Virus record (IMG/VR): IMGVR_UViG_3300042470_001171
Span: 8,814 to 72,813 of that record
Direction: 5' to 3' (one strand)
DNA from: a virus
Lineage: Duplodnaviria; Caudoviricetes
DNA: 64,000 nucleotides
Shown here: piece by piece, positions 46,143 to 56,478 of the stretch
Layout: every line of letters starts with the position of its first letter
Position numbering within the stretch: position 1 is the stretch's first letter
The notes under the pieces: model-generated
What the model saw: only the letters and a program-made list of their open reading frames with translations
The model's database searches: none
Told to the model about the DNA's origin: nothing
Made by a program: the position numbers and the translations under genes

Positions 46143-48095
46143 ATGCCTGCATTGATCCGCAGCCGACGCATACGGGTATTTATTGGCGCTGACCAGCAGG
46201 ACTGGAGTACATCGGCGGGCGAGTTCTTGCCCCAGTGGGATAGCCTGTCAGAGTCGGGGCTGATTACCATATCGGCAACGCTGGAAATTCTCAAAGTTAG
46301 CACCAACCCAGAAAGCATCGACCCCCGCGACAACCCAACCCGTTGGCGGCCCGGCCAGCTCGTCAGGGTCGAGGTAGCCAATAGTGCTGGAGCCTATGTC
46401 GTCCACCCGATGGGGCGCTTGTTCTTGCTGGAAGAGCCAGAGTTCCCGGCACCGGGGGAGGGCATTGTGTTGGAGCTAGGCTGTCGGCTGGCTTGGCACA
46501 ATACCTTTGAGTACGACGATGAAAAGACCGGGGTGACGCTGGCTGCTGAGCTAAATTCAGGATCGGTTGTCATCAACTTGCTTAAGGCAAACGAGATCCT
46601 GCAAGCTGACATGGCCATAACAACGAACTGGCCCTATGGCGTAGTCAACCCAGACGGTAAAGGGCCGGGCGGCAGTTTTATTCAGCAAGCAGGCGAGATC
46701 GCCTACAGCAATGACTACCGGTTTTTGTACCAGAACACGGCAGGAACAGTGGTGGCTGGCCAGCTTAGCCTAGCCATAGCCAGCCCGACAGCAACCATCA
46801 CCCTGGGCACCAACGACGTGGCCTACCAAGCTGTGAAGACCGAGGGTAGTCCGCCAGACCAGATCAAGGTGGCGGGGTCAGGTGTTGTTAAGACCCGACT
46901 CAGGTATCCGATTGTTGATGTGGTGACAGTAGAAGGGGATAAGAGTCTTTATAAATACAGCAACTTTTTTGGGATTCAGACATGTGCCGGAGAAGGCACT
47001 ATAGGCAGAACCACTACAAAAGTAGACCGCACGAAAAACGGAGCGCTGACCAATGAGGTAACAATTGTTCGTGAAGAAGGCATAACTGCTGGTGTTTCTA
47101 AAGATCCGGCAGTCGGGGCTAGTGGTCTTGCTGTTTGCGACTTAAGGAAATGGAAAACTACAACGACAACAAAAACGTTCAATGGTGCTAAGTTTGGCAG
47201 GCTAGAGCAGGAGATCCAGGAGATAGATCAAGAGCGTTTTACATATTTTGTTAGACAGGATGGGAGTTCTCAGATCGGATTTGTTGATCTAGTCGGCAGG
47301 ACGACCACAACTTACACTTACACTCAAGGCGAAACCGTTGAGCGCATAGAACGAGTCGAGGAGCAGATTCGATATTTGGTTGATGGAACTTTGCAAAATC
47401 AACCTCCCTTTGAAACACCCAATACTCAACTTGTCGAAGTAAAGCGCGAGATTGACACATGGGAAAAGGTTGGCAAAGACACTTGGAAGAAAAGCCGCAC
47501 TGAAAAGTATCCTCGCAAGTACAAGGACAATAACCCAGAAGGCGGTAGCGGAGCGCCGATCACCAGCAGCACTACGACGGTCAGCAATTCTGGCGAGACG
47601 CAGCCACCCCGGGCTGAGCTTTTGGATGATGAATATTCCTTTGAAGATGTTGAATACCAGGCCACCATCAACTATACCCAGCCTGGCGGTGGCAGTGGCC
47701 GCACCAGAAAGCGGCTCTATGCCCTTCCCTATGGCTTCAGTCAGGCCCAGTGTGAAACCATGGCGCAGCTACACCTAAAGCTGATTGCAGGCCGCCACAG
47801 GGCCGCTATCGTCGAGCTACCGGTCACCGATGCACTGCTGACCGCGCCGCCCTTGTTTCCCTTCAATGTAGTAGAACCATCCGGGCGGATCTTGCACTAC
47901 CGAGCCGATAGCGTCACCTGGGAGCATACGGTGGATACTTGCAAGGTGGCGGTGTCTGGCATCCTGGTGGGCACCACGCCAGCCCCGACAGTGGGCAACC
48001 CCACCCCTGACCCAGAGCCCATCACTGGCACCATCGTGGTGGCTAATGCTGTGCCGGTCGAGGCCTCCGGCATTCAGGTGTTTGCCACAGTATAA
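46143..48095 (+). CDS. Tail hub/minor tail protein
   Basis: 650-aa Thr-rich ORF after the tape measure; lower-GC central part. Confidence 0.65.
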   Translation: MPALIRSRRIRVFIGADQQDWSTSAGEFLPQWDSLSESGLITISATLEILKVSTNPESIDPRDNPTRWRPGQLVRVEVANSAGAYVVHPMGRLFLLEEPEFPAPGEGIVLELGCRLAWHNTFEYDDEKTGVTLAAELNSGSVVINLLKANEILQADMAITTNWPYGVVNPDGKGPGGSFIQQAGEIAYSNDYRFLYQNTAGTVVAGQLSLAIASPTATITLGTNDVAYQAVKTEGSPPDQIKVAGSGVVKTRLRYPIVDVVTVEGDKSLYKYSNFFGIQTCAGEGTIGRTTTKVDRTKNGALTNEVTIVREEGITAGVSKDPAVGASGLAVCDLRKWKTTTTTKTFNGAKFGRLEQEIQEIDQERFTYFVRQDGSSQIGFVDLVGRTTTTYTYTQGETVERIERVEEQIRYLVDGTLQNQPPFETPNTQLVEVKREIDTWEKVGKDTWKKSRTEKYPRKYKDNNPEGGSGAPITSSTTTVSNSGETQPPRAELLDDEYSFEDVEYQATINYTQPGGGSGRTRKRLYALPYGFSQAQCETMAQLHLKLIAGRHRAAIVELPVTDALLTAPPLFPFNVVEPSGRILHYRADSVTWEHTVDTCKVAVSGILVGTTPAPTVGNPTPDPEPITGTIVVANAVPVEASGIQVFATV

Positions 48096-48231
48096 AAAAC
48101 CCCCAGCATTTCCCAAGGTGCTGAGGGCTGAGAGTTAGGAGTTCGTGTGCAGGGCACAACCCAACTATAAACCGTAGGCTAGTGGCTGTCAACCGGCTGG
48201 GCACCCTATAGCTAGCTAGCCCGGTCCAGTC

Positions 48232-48387
48232 ATGCGCACAGTTGCCATACTGCTAACCATCGTTATCGCTGCCACCTGGATCCAAGATGCAGCCCGGAGA
48301 CGTTCAGGTAGTGGCCGTCGAGTTTACCTTAGCCAGGAGAACCCATGGAACGCCCCACTCTTACCATTGCCGTCGATACCTACCTGA
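48232..48387 (+). CDS. Small hydrophobic peptide with GSGRR motif (51 aa, not in the ORF track)
   Basis: Manual translation MRTVAILLTIVIAATWIQDAARRRSGSGRRVYLSQENPWNAPLLPLPSIPT; late-promoter motif at 48199. Confidence 0.5.
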   Translation: MRTVAILLTIVIAATWIQDAARRRSGSGRRVYLSQENPWNAPLLPLPSIPT

Positions 48388-49097
48388 AGCCGTTGCCTGA
48401 GCCAGCGGCTAGCTTTGAGGTTGAAGAAATTGCCAAGGTGCTGAAGGGCACCGTGATCCCGATCCTGGCCTATCGTCAAGAGCATGGCCATATCTGCTTC
48501 ACCGTCGATGCCACTGGCTTCAACCTAGCCACCCTCCACCCATCTCGCAAAAATACCTGGTGGGTCTATGCTCAGCATTGCCTGGACCCCCAAGGCCATG
48601 GCGCTGACAATGACCCCAAGGATACCCCCAGCGATACCGCCAAGGGCTATGGCATCGTCCTGCCAGGGTTCACTGGCAACTACTACAGCACCGACCCAAT
48701 TGGCCTAAAAAGCCAGAGCTTTACCTGGGGTGAAGCGCTCCATGTCGATAGCGCTGGCAGCTACCGGCAACCTGCTAACCCGGATGTGGTCTACAAAATT
48801 ATCAAGATCGCTGAGGTAATGCAGAATGTGCGTGGCCTATTCGGCGGCGCACCAGTCGTGGTTAACTCCTGGTACCGGGATCCAGTGACTAACCGTAGGG
48901 TGGGCGGTGCCAGCCAGAGTCGGCATATGGTTGGCGATGCGGTTGACTTTCACATCCCTGGTGTATCGTTGGTGGATGTGTATAATCGTTTGGATCCATG
49001 GTGGGCTAGTCGAGGCGGGCTAGCCCGGGGCCAGGGTTTTGTGCATATTGATGGCCGGGGCTACCGGGCTCGATGGACCTATCCAGGGGTGAACTAA
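48345..49097 (+). CDS. Endolysin, peptidase M15A family
   Basis: NSWYR..NRRVGGASQSRH..GDAVD..FVHID. Confidence 0.88.
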   Translation: MERPTLTIAVDTYLKPLPEPAASFEVEEIAKVLKGTVIPILAYRQEHGHICFTVDATGFNLATLHPSRKNTWWVYAQHCLDPQGHGADNDPKDTPSDTAKGYGIVLPGFTGNYYSTDPIGLKSQSFTWGEALHVDSAGSYRQPANPDVVYKIIKIAEVMQNVRGLFGGAPVVVNSWYRDPVTNRRVGGASQSRHMVGDAVDFHIPGVSLVDVYNRLDPWWASRGGLARGQGFVHIDGRGYRARWTYPGVN

Positions 49098-49283
49098 ATG
49101 GTACCAAGACAGGCAATTGTCACCAAGACCGATGGCACGGCTGTACGGGGCCTTGCCCAGATCCAGGGACAGCGGCTGATCATCCATGGCCCGGATGGCG
49201 CGTGGTATAACTACGCACTCAAGGACTGTACGATCATCTGGGATCCAGAGCGCAGGCGTAGTAGTGGGAACACTAAGGCATAA
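49098..49283 (+). CDS. Hypothetical protein
   Basis: 61-aa ORF abutting the endolysin. Confidence 0.5.
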   Translation: MVPRQAIVTKTDGTAVRGLAQIQGQRLIIHGPDGAWYNYALKDCTIIWDPERRRSSGNTKA

Positions 49284-49295
49284 ACGGGGACTGAT

Positions 49296-50651
49296 ATGCC
49301 AGAGGTTGAACATAATATCCTGACTGGGGCCCAGCTCCATAGCTCGAAAGTGGTGACTTTCACCGGCGATCCGTCTAGCTATGTGCCAACTGAGGCAGGT
49401 ATCCTGGTGCAATGCTTGACGGCACCCAATGCAGGTAAGCTGTACCGCACTACGGGCACTACTGCAGGGGCGCTAATGTCGGGCAGTGCCGCCGACGGCC
49501 AGGCGGCAACGGTAAGCATTGGCACCATCACCACTGGCAGCGCTGGCAGCAATGCCACAGTCACCAACAGCGGCACCACATCAGCGGCGGTGCTAGACTT
49601 CACCATCCCCCGGGGCGACGCGGGGGCCGGGGCCTTTGGCATCCGCTATACCTTCAGCACTAGCACCAGCAGCGGGCCTGGGGCTGGCCTGCTACGGCTT
49701 AACAATGCCAGCCCAGCCAGTGCCACCCAGCTTTATGTCAGCGAGACGGACCGCAATGGGGCGGCTATCGCTAGCCTGCTTGGCACCATCGCCAATGGTA
49801 GCCCGATCCAGATCCTAGACGAGTCGGATCCATTGGCCTTTGCCTATTACACTGTCACCTCCTCCACAGACAACGGCACAGACCGCACCCTAGCAGTGAC
49901 CCATGTGGCCAGCAATGGCACCCTAGCAGGCGGGGTGACGCTGACCTGGGGGGTAGCTGGGGCGGCTGGATCGTCTGCGACCTCTGGCTTTGGCTTTAAG
50001 TACAGCTTCAATAGCACCACCACTAGCGGGCCAGCGGCGGGCCAGGTGCGGCTGAATAATGCAGCGTCTGCCAGCGCTACCCAGGTATTTATTCACGAGA
50101 CGGACCGCAACAGCAAGGCCATGGCCAGCCTGCTTAACTTGGTTGGGGCTGGGTCTGGCCTTCTGCTGGTCAGCGAGTCAGACCCCAGTCAGTATGCCTA
50201 CTACACCGTCACCAGTAGCACCGATAACGGCAATGACCGGACGCTGGCGGTTGCCCATGTGGCCAGCAATGGCACGCTGAGCGGCAACGTGACAGTCTCT
50301 ATCGCTGGGGGCGGGACTGGCGGAGTCCAGGGCATCGGCACCGCATCGCCCCTAAACAGCATTACGCCCTTAGCCGCAAATTCGCTCTACGTCCAACGGA
50401 CAACTGTTTTGAGCGATGCTCAGGGCGCTAGGGAAGTAGTCTGGGTGGCCACCGGCACCACTAGCGCTAGCTGGGTTGTGGCCTCATCCAGTGCCATTCG
50501 GCGCAACAGTACTAGCAATCCTAATACAGTAGTGACGGCTAACTTTGCTGGCCAGTTTCTGATCAACTATGCCGTTGACATCTACGGCAATTCGACGGCG
50601 GCAACCCTTTATGTGTCAGGCAGTGGAGCAACGTCATGGTATGCCGTATAG
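49296..50651 (+). CDS. Tail fibre-like protein with internal about 120-aa duplication
   Basis: AVLDFTIPRGD; FG..Y.F..SGP.AG..RLNNA..ASATQ..ETDRN twice. Confidence 0.75.
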   Translation: MPEVEHNILTGAQLHSSKVVTFTGDPSSYVPTEAGILVQCLTAPNAGKLYRTTGTTAGALMSGSAADGQAATVSIGTITTGSAGSNATVTNSGTTSAAVLDFTIPRGDAGAGAFGIRYTFSTSTSSGPGAGLLRLNNASPASATQLYVSETDRNGAAIASLLGTIANGSPIQILDESDPLAFAYYTVTSSTDNGTDRTLAVTHVASNGTLAGGVTLTWGVAGAAGSSATSGFGFKYSFNSTTTSGPAAGQVRLNNAASASATQVFIHETDRNSKAMASLLNLVGAGSGLLLVSESDPSQYAYYTVTSSTDNGNDRTLAVAHVASNGTLSGNVTVSIAGGGTGGVQGIGTASPLNSITPLAANSLYVQRTTVLSDAQGAREVVWVATGTTSASWVVASSSAIRRNSTSNPNTVVTANFAGQFLINYAVDIYGNSTAATLYVSGSGATSWYAV

Positions 50652-51589
50652 CCTTCATGCGCTACCCGGCACCAGATCGGCGGGTGGCAGGTCGGTACAT
50701 CTCAACCAGGGAATTGGTTAGGGGCCTTAACGATATTGGCGTGCAAGCGTTCTATAGCCGTGATTCAGACGTTAAGGCAGATTACTATGCTGTCGATTGC
50801 CTGGATGAAATTAAATGGCTACCCAAGGCAGATCCGGCCCAGCGCATTGCCTGGATCCGTCGGGATGTGTACCGACTGACTGCCCGGCCAGCTATTGATG
50901 GGGTTGGCCATTTGTTTGCTAGCAGTCAGTTTGTCGCCAATGCCTGGACCCAGTACCCGGTCACAGTTCTGCCAGATCCGGTCTATGTGCCACGGTGGAT
51001 TCGCCCACATTTCCGCAGCGGTGTGTTGTATGTTGGTCGGGTGTGCCGCAGCAAGGGGATCCCATTATTGCTGCAAGCCATGAAGTTTCTTAACCCACGC
51101 TGGCGGCTTACCATTGCCGGGCCAATGGTTGAGGACTTTGGCCCCATGGTAGAAAACTATAACTTAGCGCGGCAGGTAAAGTTCATCGGCGAGCTAAGGC
51201 AGTGGCAGGTTGGGCGGCTGTATCGACAGGCAGAGTGTGTGGTGGTGCCTAGCCAGTTTGAGCCATTTGGGCGGGCCATTGTCGAGGCATGGGCGAACGG
51301 TTGTACGCCTATTGCTATCGCTGGCAGTGGTGGCCCCCAAGAAATTATGGGCGAGATGGGGCGGTATCCATACTTGATAGACCACAACCCCATGCGACTA
51401 GCCGGAGCGATCCGCGAGGTCACCGACAATGGTCGGCGGCTTAGCTATGGCCATTGTCGCCAGCTAGCCCAGCCCTATGATCGACGCATTATTGCCCAGC
51501 GTTTTATGGAGGCCCTAAATGGCAACCCAACCCATCACCAGCCGGGTGCTGAACAGCCAACAACAACGCCTAGAGGGCCAGCAGGCTAG
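50636..51589 (+). CDS. Glycosyltransferase, GT4-like
   Basis: LYVGR..KG, VVPSQFEPFGRAIVEA. Confidence 0.9.
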   Translation: MVCRIAFMRYPAPDRRVAGRYISTRELVRGLNDIGVQAFYSRDSDVKADYYAVDCLDEIKWLPKADPAQRIAWIRRDVYRLTARPAIDGVGHLFASSQFVANAWTQYPVTVLPDPVYVPRWIRPHFRSGVLYVGRVCRSKGIPLLLQAMKFLNPRWRLTIAGPMVEDFGPMVENYNLARQVKFIGELRQWQVGRLYRQAECVVVPSQFEPFGRAIVEAWANGCTPIAIAGSGGPQEIMGEMGRYPYLIDHNPMRLAGAIREVTDNGRRLSYGHCRQLAQPYDRRIIAQRFMEALNGNPTHHQPGAEQPTTTPRGPAG

Positions 51590-52394
51590 CCAGTCGGCCA
51601 GTGCTGACCAGGCCCAGCGCACGGCCATCTATGACGGTGGCGGCAACTATCGCACCGTTGGCGCAGCCGGCAGCTACCGCCCCAAGGGAACGGTCACCTC
51701 TGGCGGGGTGCCGGTCGGCCAAGCAGTGCCAGCCAACAATGGTTTGGTTGGTGGTATGCCTGCTAGCTTTGGCGGCGATGCCCAAGCCATCCGCGACCTA
51801 CGGGAACGCCTAGCCCAGGTCGCTGAGGAGCGAGGCTTCCAGGCATGGCAGGGCGACCCCAACACCCAAGGCCAGGGCGAGACACCCCTAGCGGCTAGGT
51901 ACTTGTTTGACCGCTACCTAGACCGCGATACCATGACGCTGTACTACTGGCAGCAGTCGAGTGCTAACACAGGCGGCAGGTGGATCCCGGTTGCCTCTGG
52001 CCTGGACTCGCTGAGCGGCGGCATCGAAACGCCAGCGGTTAAGCAATACCCGTTGATCACCTACAACGATGAGCCACGCAAGATCATGGCGTTGCACTTG
52101 CGGGTCAATGCGGATCCAGTCGTTGTGGCTAGTGTGACTCAAGGCGCTGGGGCTAGTACATTAGCTTGGACGGTCACCCAAAATAACCAGCAGGTAAACC
52201 GCACCATCACGGCTACGCTGTTAGTCGATACCGCCAATGGCCAGAACCAGCCAGTAACCCTAGGCACCACGATCTTAGAGCTTGGCAGCCTGCTAAAGCT
52301 AGGCTTGACCGGCGTTACTGTCGGGCCTGAACTGCTGTCGTTTACGGTGCAGTTTCAGTCAGCAGCCTTTGATCTGGCCATGGAGGAAGAGTAG
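51519..52394 (+). CDS. Putative virion/tail protein
   Basis: 291-aa ORF in the tail operon. Confidence 0.6.
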   Translation: MATQPITSRVLNSQQQRLEGQQASQSASADQAQRTAIYDGGGNYRTVGAAGSYRPKGTVTSGGVPVGQAVPANNGLVGGMPASFGGDAQAIRDLRERLAQVAEERGFQAWQGDPNTQGQGETPLAARYLFDRYLDRDTMTLYYWQQSSANTGGRWIPVASGLDSLSGGIETPAVKQYPLITYNDEPRKIMALHLRVNADPVVVASVTQGAGASTLAWTVTQNNQQVNRTITATLLVDTANGQNQPVTLGTTILELGSLLKLGLTGVTVGPELLSFTVQFQSAAFDLAMEEE

Positions 52395-52396
52395 GC

Positions 52397-53473
52397 ATGG
52401 GTAGGCAGCTAGGCTGGGTATGGTTTGGGGCGAGAGGGGCTAGGATCTATTGTGTTCCGTATTTTAATACCGCAGGAAATCAGTTTGGGATTGTAAACAC
52501 AGGGTCAAACACATTGACGCTAACGACATTAGGCGCTAACCCTGGAATAGATTACTATTGGTTTAGATCTGTATCTGTAGGCAGGAAAGTTTATGCCTTG
52601 CCAACAACGCGCTTTTTTGGCACTAGTGATTATGAGTTTGGAATTATAGATACAGACACAGATACATTAACAATAACTGCGTTAGGCCTTAATCCGGGGA
52701 TAGATTACTTTTGGATAGGCGTTTCAGCTGTAGGCACTAGGATTTATTGTATACCAAGCTCTGCTAGTGCAGGTAATCTATTTGGAATAATAGACACAGA
52801 GACGGACACATTAACGTTATCAGCATTAGGGCTGGACGATCAGACAAGCTATAGATGGGGTGTTTCGGCGGCAGTAGCTACAAGGATTTATTGTATTCCA
52901 GATTTTAACGTAGGGGCGAACCAGTTTGGAATTATAAACACGGAAACAAACACAATAGAGTTGACAACATTAGGAGTTTCACTTAATGAGAATCATTGGT
53001 GGGAAACAATTCAGGCTGTAGGCACCAAGATCTACTGCATTCCTTATATTAATGCAAAGGGAAATTTATTTGGCATTATAGACACAGAAGCCAATATATT
53101 AACTTTAACGACACTAGGATTAAGCTCTGCCGTAGGGTACGCATGGATTGCTTCTGCAGTTGTAGGTACAAAAATTTATTGTATTCCACAGCGCAACCTC
53201 GGAGGAAATCAGTTCGGCATCATAGACACAGAAACAAACACATTGACACTAACGACATTAGGTGCAGATCCTGCAATAAGTTATGGGTGGAGCGCATCTG
53301 CGGTCGTAGACAAGAAAATCTACTGTATCCCGACTCTGAACATTTTTAATGGAGGAAATCAGTTTGGGATTATAGACACAGAGACAAACACATTGACGCT
53401 GACAACACTAGGCGAAAATTCTCAAGACGACTATCGCTGGTGGTCAGCTGTTGCAGTTCAGACCCAATCCTAA
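52397..53473 (+). CDS. Seven-repeat beta-propeller-like protein, low GC
   Basis: Seven about 48-aa units IYCIP..GNQFGIIDTETNTLTLTTLG..Y.W. Confidence 0.8.
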   Translation: MGRQLGWVWFGARGARIYCVPYFNTAGNQFGIVNTGSNTLTLTTLGANPGIDYYWFRSVSVGRKVYALPTTRFFGTSDYEFGIIDTDTDTLTITALGLNPGIDYFWIGVSAVGTRIYCIPSSASAGNLFGIIDTETDTLTLSALGLDDQTSYRWGVSAAVATRIYCIPDFNVGANQFGIINTETNTIELTTLGVSLNENHWWETIQAVGTKIYCIPYINAKGNLFGIIDTEANILTLTTLGLSSAVGYAWIASAVVGTKIYCIPQRNLGGNQFGIIDTETNTLTLTTLGADPAISYGWSASAVVDKKIYCIPTLNIFNGGNQFGIIDTETNTLTLTTLGENSQDDYRWWSAVAVQTQS

Positions 53474-53577
53474 CCCCCACTCCAGTACCGCCATGACACA
53501 TCCTCTTTGCAGGTTATGTCATGGCACCCCTAGCCAGGGTCGCCATAGTAGGCTAGTCATGGGGGAGGGCGTAACCC

Positions 53578-54891
53578 ATGGCACACTATCAGCTTTGTTA
53601 TGGCCGGGTCAGCAGCAAGGACCAAAACCTGGACCTGCAGATCCAGCAATTTCAACAACAGGTAGAGTTTGACGAACTATTTACCGAGTCATTGTCTGGC
53701 CGCCGTCGGGACCGGCCCGAGTTTCTACGCCTAGTTGACCGGGCGCTTGAACTACGCCAGCACCGGCACCAGGTAACCGTCTGGGTGGTGGAATGGACCC
53801 GATGGGCAAGAGATACCGTCTGGGCGATGGAAAGCCTTGCCCAGCTAGAGGCCGCTGGCGTGCAGGTGAAGGAACTAACTACCGGCCAAGAAATCACGCT
53901 CCAGACCGCCTCAGGGCTGCTTACAACCGGCGTTAAGTCGCTCATGGCCCACTACTACTCTGAGGAGCTATCGGCACGGCTGAAGCGGGCTAACGTGCAA
54001 CTACGCCGCCAGGGTAGGCCGATGGGTGGCCTGCCTCCCTTTGGCTACCAACGATCTGCTGACAATAGCTGCTACGAGCCCGGGCCAGACTGGGGCACGG
54101 CCAGAGAGGCGGTAGACTACTACCTAGAGCATGGCAACTTGCTACAGCTCACCCATATGATGCAAGACCGCTACGGCATTGGTCGAAACAGGACGGTCTG
54201 GCGGGCGTGGCTAAAGAACCCTACCCTACGCGGTCACCTGCACTATCGCAAAACTAACGAATGGCGCTACAATGCTCACCCAGCCTTGATCAGCGAGGAT
54301 GAGTACAAGCGTATCGAGTACTGGATCGACCTAAACCGTCAGCTGCGGGGCAACAACCAGGGCCGCATCCATGCGGTGCCGCCCATCGTGTCTTGTAGTT
54401 GTGGCTGTCGGTGCCGCCCCAACTCTCGCGGAAAGAATCGGTACTTTATCTGTGCTGCCAATGGTGGAGGATACCCTAACCGGCCACGGTGCCCCCAGAC
54501 CCGTTCCTGCCGCCAGGACATGATCGAAGCAGCTATCCAGGAGGCATTGATCGACCATGCCCAGGCTATCGCCCATAGCCTGAAATCTGACACAGCCTTT
54601 GACCCTGCCATTGCTGCCCTGGAGCAGGAGATAGCCGCACTCCAGCCCCTTGCCCACCGGGCTGCCATCGCTGAGGAGATAGCGTCCATTGAGGCAGAGA
54701 TCCTGGCTAGGCGTAGCCACCAGGGTCAGGCGCTAGCCAGCAGCCAGCAGCTACAGCAGCAAGCCATTGATGCCGCGTCGATGGACTGGAGTACCTTGGC
54801 CGCCCCAGAGCGCCGTCAGCTCTATGCTGAACTGGTGGAGCGGGTGATCATTCAAGGCAATGAAGTGCTAGAAGTACGGTTCAAGCGCTAA
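53578..54891 (+). CDS. Large serine recombinase/integrase
   Basis: YGRVSS..Q, SGRRRDRPEF, RWAR, PPFGY, HPALIS, Cys-rich Zn ribbon, coiled coil. Confidence 0.93.
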   Translation: MAHYQLCYGRVSSKDQNLDLQIQQFQQQVEFDELFTESLSGRRRDRPEFLRLVDRALELRQHRHQVTVWVVEWTRWARDTVWAMESLAQLEAAGVQVKELTTGQEITLQTASGLLTTGVKSLMAHYYSEELSARLKRANVQLRRQGRPMGGLPPFGYQRSADNSCYEPGPDWGTAREAVDYYLEHGNLLQLTHMMQDRYGIGRNRTVWRAWLKNPTLRGHLHYRKTNEWRYNAHPALISEDEYKRIEYWIDLNRQLRGNNQGRIHAVPPIVSCSCGCRCRPNSRGKNRYFICAANGGGYPNRPRCPQTRSCRQDMIEAAIQEALIDHAQAIAHSLKSDTAFDPAIAALEQEIAALQPLAHRAAIAEEIASIEAEILARRSHQGQALASSQQLQQQAIDAASMDWSTLAAPERRQLYAELVERVIIQGNEVLEVRFKR

Positions 54892-54892
54892 G

Positions 54893-54917
54893 AAAAAACC
54901 CCCAGCAATGCCGGGGG
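54893..54917 (-). terminator. Terminator at the convergence of recombinase and head operon
   Basis: AAAAAA-CCCCCAGC-aat-GCCGGGG. Confidence 0.6.
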
Positions 54918-54952
54918 CGAGGGAGAACCACAGAGGAGAAACTTAACAGACG

Positions 54953-55408
54953 CTAGTCAGAGGTCAGGTAGACCTGGCCGGTCAGGTTGCCGGGGGTGCT
55001 GGTCTTGGTGGCGGTGGCCCGCACATAGACTGCTTCCCCTTCGCCAGCGGCTGCCATCAAGCTATTGACAGCAGCACCATCGAGCGCCAGGTACTCTTTA
55101 CGAGCATTGCTACCAGACAGTAACTTAATACTGCCCAGGGTCACTTCGTTGGTAAAGCTGGAGTTATCCGCACCGGTCACATTGACGGTCCAATACTTGG
55201 ATCCATCAGCTTCGTGGCCGTTGTAGCAAACCACCGCCAGGTATGGGCCGATCTTCTCGGCCTTAAGGGCGATGCCGGTGCTAGCGGTATTGCTAGCGCT
55301 GATGCCAGAGAAGGCGGCTAGCTTCAGGCTGTCGTCAATTGGGTCATGGCGCCGCACCTTGAGGTTAGGCGTAGTCAGAGAGGGGTTAGCCCCAGATAGG
55401 TTAGGCAT
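54953..55408 (-). CDS. Putative capsid decoration protein
   Basis: Directly downstream of the major capsid gene, beta-rich. Confidence 0.6.
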   Translation of the reverse strand: MPNLSGANPSLTTPNLKVRRHDPIDDSLKLAAFSGISASNTASTGIALKAEKIGPYLAVVCYNGHEADGSKYWTVNVTGADNSSFTNEVTLGSIKLLSGSNARKEYLALDGAAVNSLMAAAGEGEAVYVRATATKTSTPGNLTGQVYLTSD

Positions 55409-55451
55409 GGTCGTTAGGTCCAGTAAAGGTCTAGGTAACTATCGGTGCAGC

Positions 55452-56393
55452 CTAGGAGGCCACTACAGCAGCATTGGTGATGCCATACAGCCGGGCTACG
55501 CTGTAGCCGTTGTAGATGGCAAAGCTGCAGTTCCAGTCAACCCGGGTACGGAATACTGGCTTGTCCTGGACTTCGCCCAAGTCCCGAGCGCTGATGCCGA
55601 ACCCGCTAGCCGTATCATTGCGCCCCTGGATGCCAGTGGTCATCTGCGGGCCAAAGACCACACAGTAGACGCTGGTGCAGGTCGATACAGCGCCATCAGG
55701 GCTGGCCTCAGTAAAGGGCAGGATGGGGGAGCTGATGTCATCGGTCAGGATAGGTACCCCGCCATACTGGGGCAACTTACGACCGAAGGTATCCTGTTCA
55801 TACTGGATAAACCCGCTCTTAGTGGTATCGCGAGAGGCTGCAGTTAGCAGATCCTTCATCTTGCGAGACATCATCAGGTACGGGGTGCCGCCAGTGAACT
55901 TAACCTGGCTCAGCAGTTCATCCAGCTTGGTCAGCTTGAGTGCTGCACCGCCATCCGCATTGCTGATCAGCTGACTGCCAGTGATCCGCTTTTGCAGCCC
56001 ATCAAAGCCACGGGGATCGGCGGCAGAGTCGCCCTTGATGAACTGGTACTCCCAGCCAAGGCGCAGCGCTTCGATCTTCAGTTGCTCATGGGCAACCCGG
56101 GCTTGCTGGCCCTTCAGGTTGACCAGGGCGCGGTCAACATCCATGTCGCCGCCATAGAACCGGAATGCTTCAGACTGCGGGTTGATGACGCCGGTGGACT
56201 CGTCAAAGGCTTCGTTTAGGGCACGGAAGCCAACACCAGGCAGTTGATCCACCCGGTTGTAGTGAACCCCAGAACCTTCCTCATTTTCAAAAGGAATGGA
56301 TCCAAGGATCTCGCCTGCAGAAAATTCATTGATGACTGCCCGGGTGACCGGGTCTTGGGTTAGCTTGCTTGCTTCGATTAATGTTAATGCCAT
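55452..56393 (-). CDS. Major capsid protein
   Basis: ALTLIEASK, LPGVGFRALNE, GGDMDVDR, FIKGD..FDGLQKRI; follows scaffold. Confidence 0.85.
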   Translation of the reverse strand: MALTLIEASKLTQDPVTRAVINEFSAGEILGSIPFENEEGSGVHYNRVDQLPGVGFRALNEAFDESTGVINPQSEAFRFYGGDMDVDRALVNLKGQQARVAHEQLKIEALRLGWEYQFIKGDSAADPRGFDGLQKRITGSQLISNADGGAALKLTKLDELLSQVKFTGGTPYLMMSRKMKDLLTAASRDTTKSGFIQYEQDTFGRKLPQYGGVPILTDDISSPILPFTEASPDGAVSTCTSVYCVVFGPQMTTGIQGRNDTASGFGISARDLGEVQDKPVFRTRVDWNCSFAIYNGYSVARLYGITNAAVVAS

Positions 56394-56478
56394 GGGTATG
56401 CCTCAAAAGCTTTTGTGGTGGTGCTGCATCACGCAGGCTAATGAGGCATCACGCCTCGATAGTTCTAGTGTGCCCAGG

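Noticed and set aside
52397-53473. Diversity-generating retroelement target
   Set aside because: No reverse transcriptase or template repeat in the window; the repeats are in-frame protein repeats
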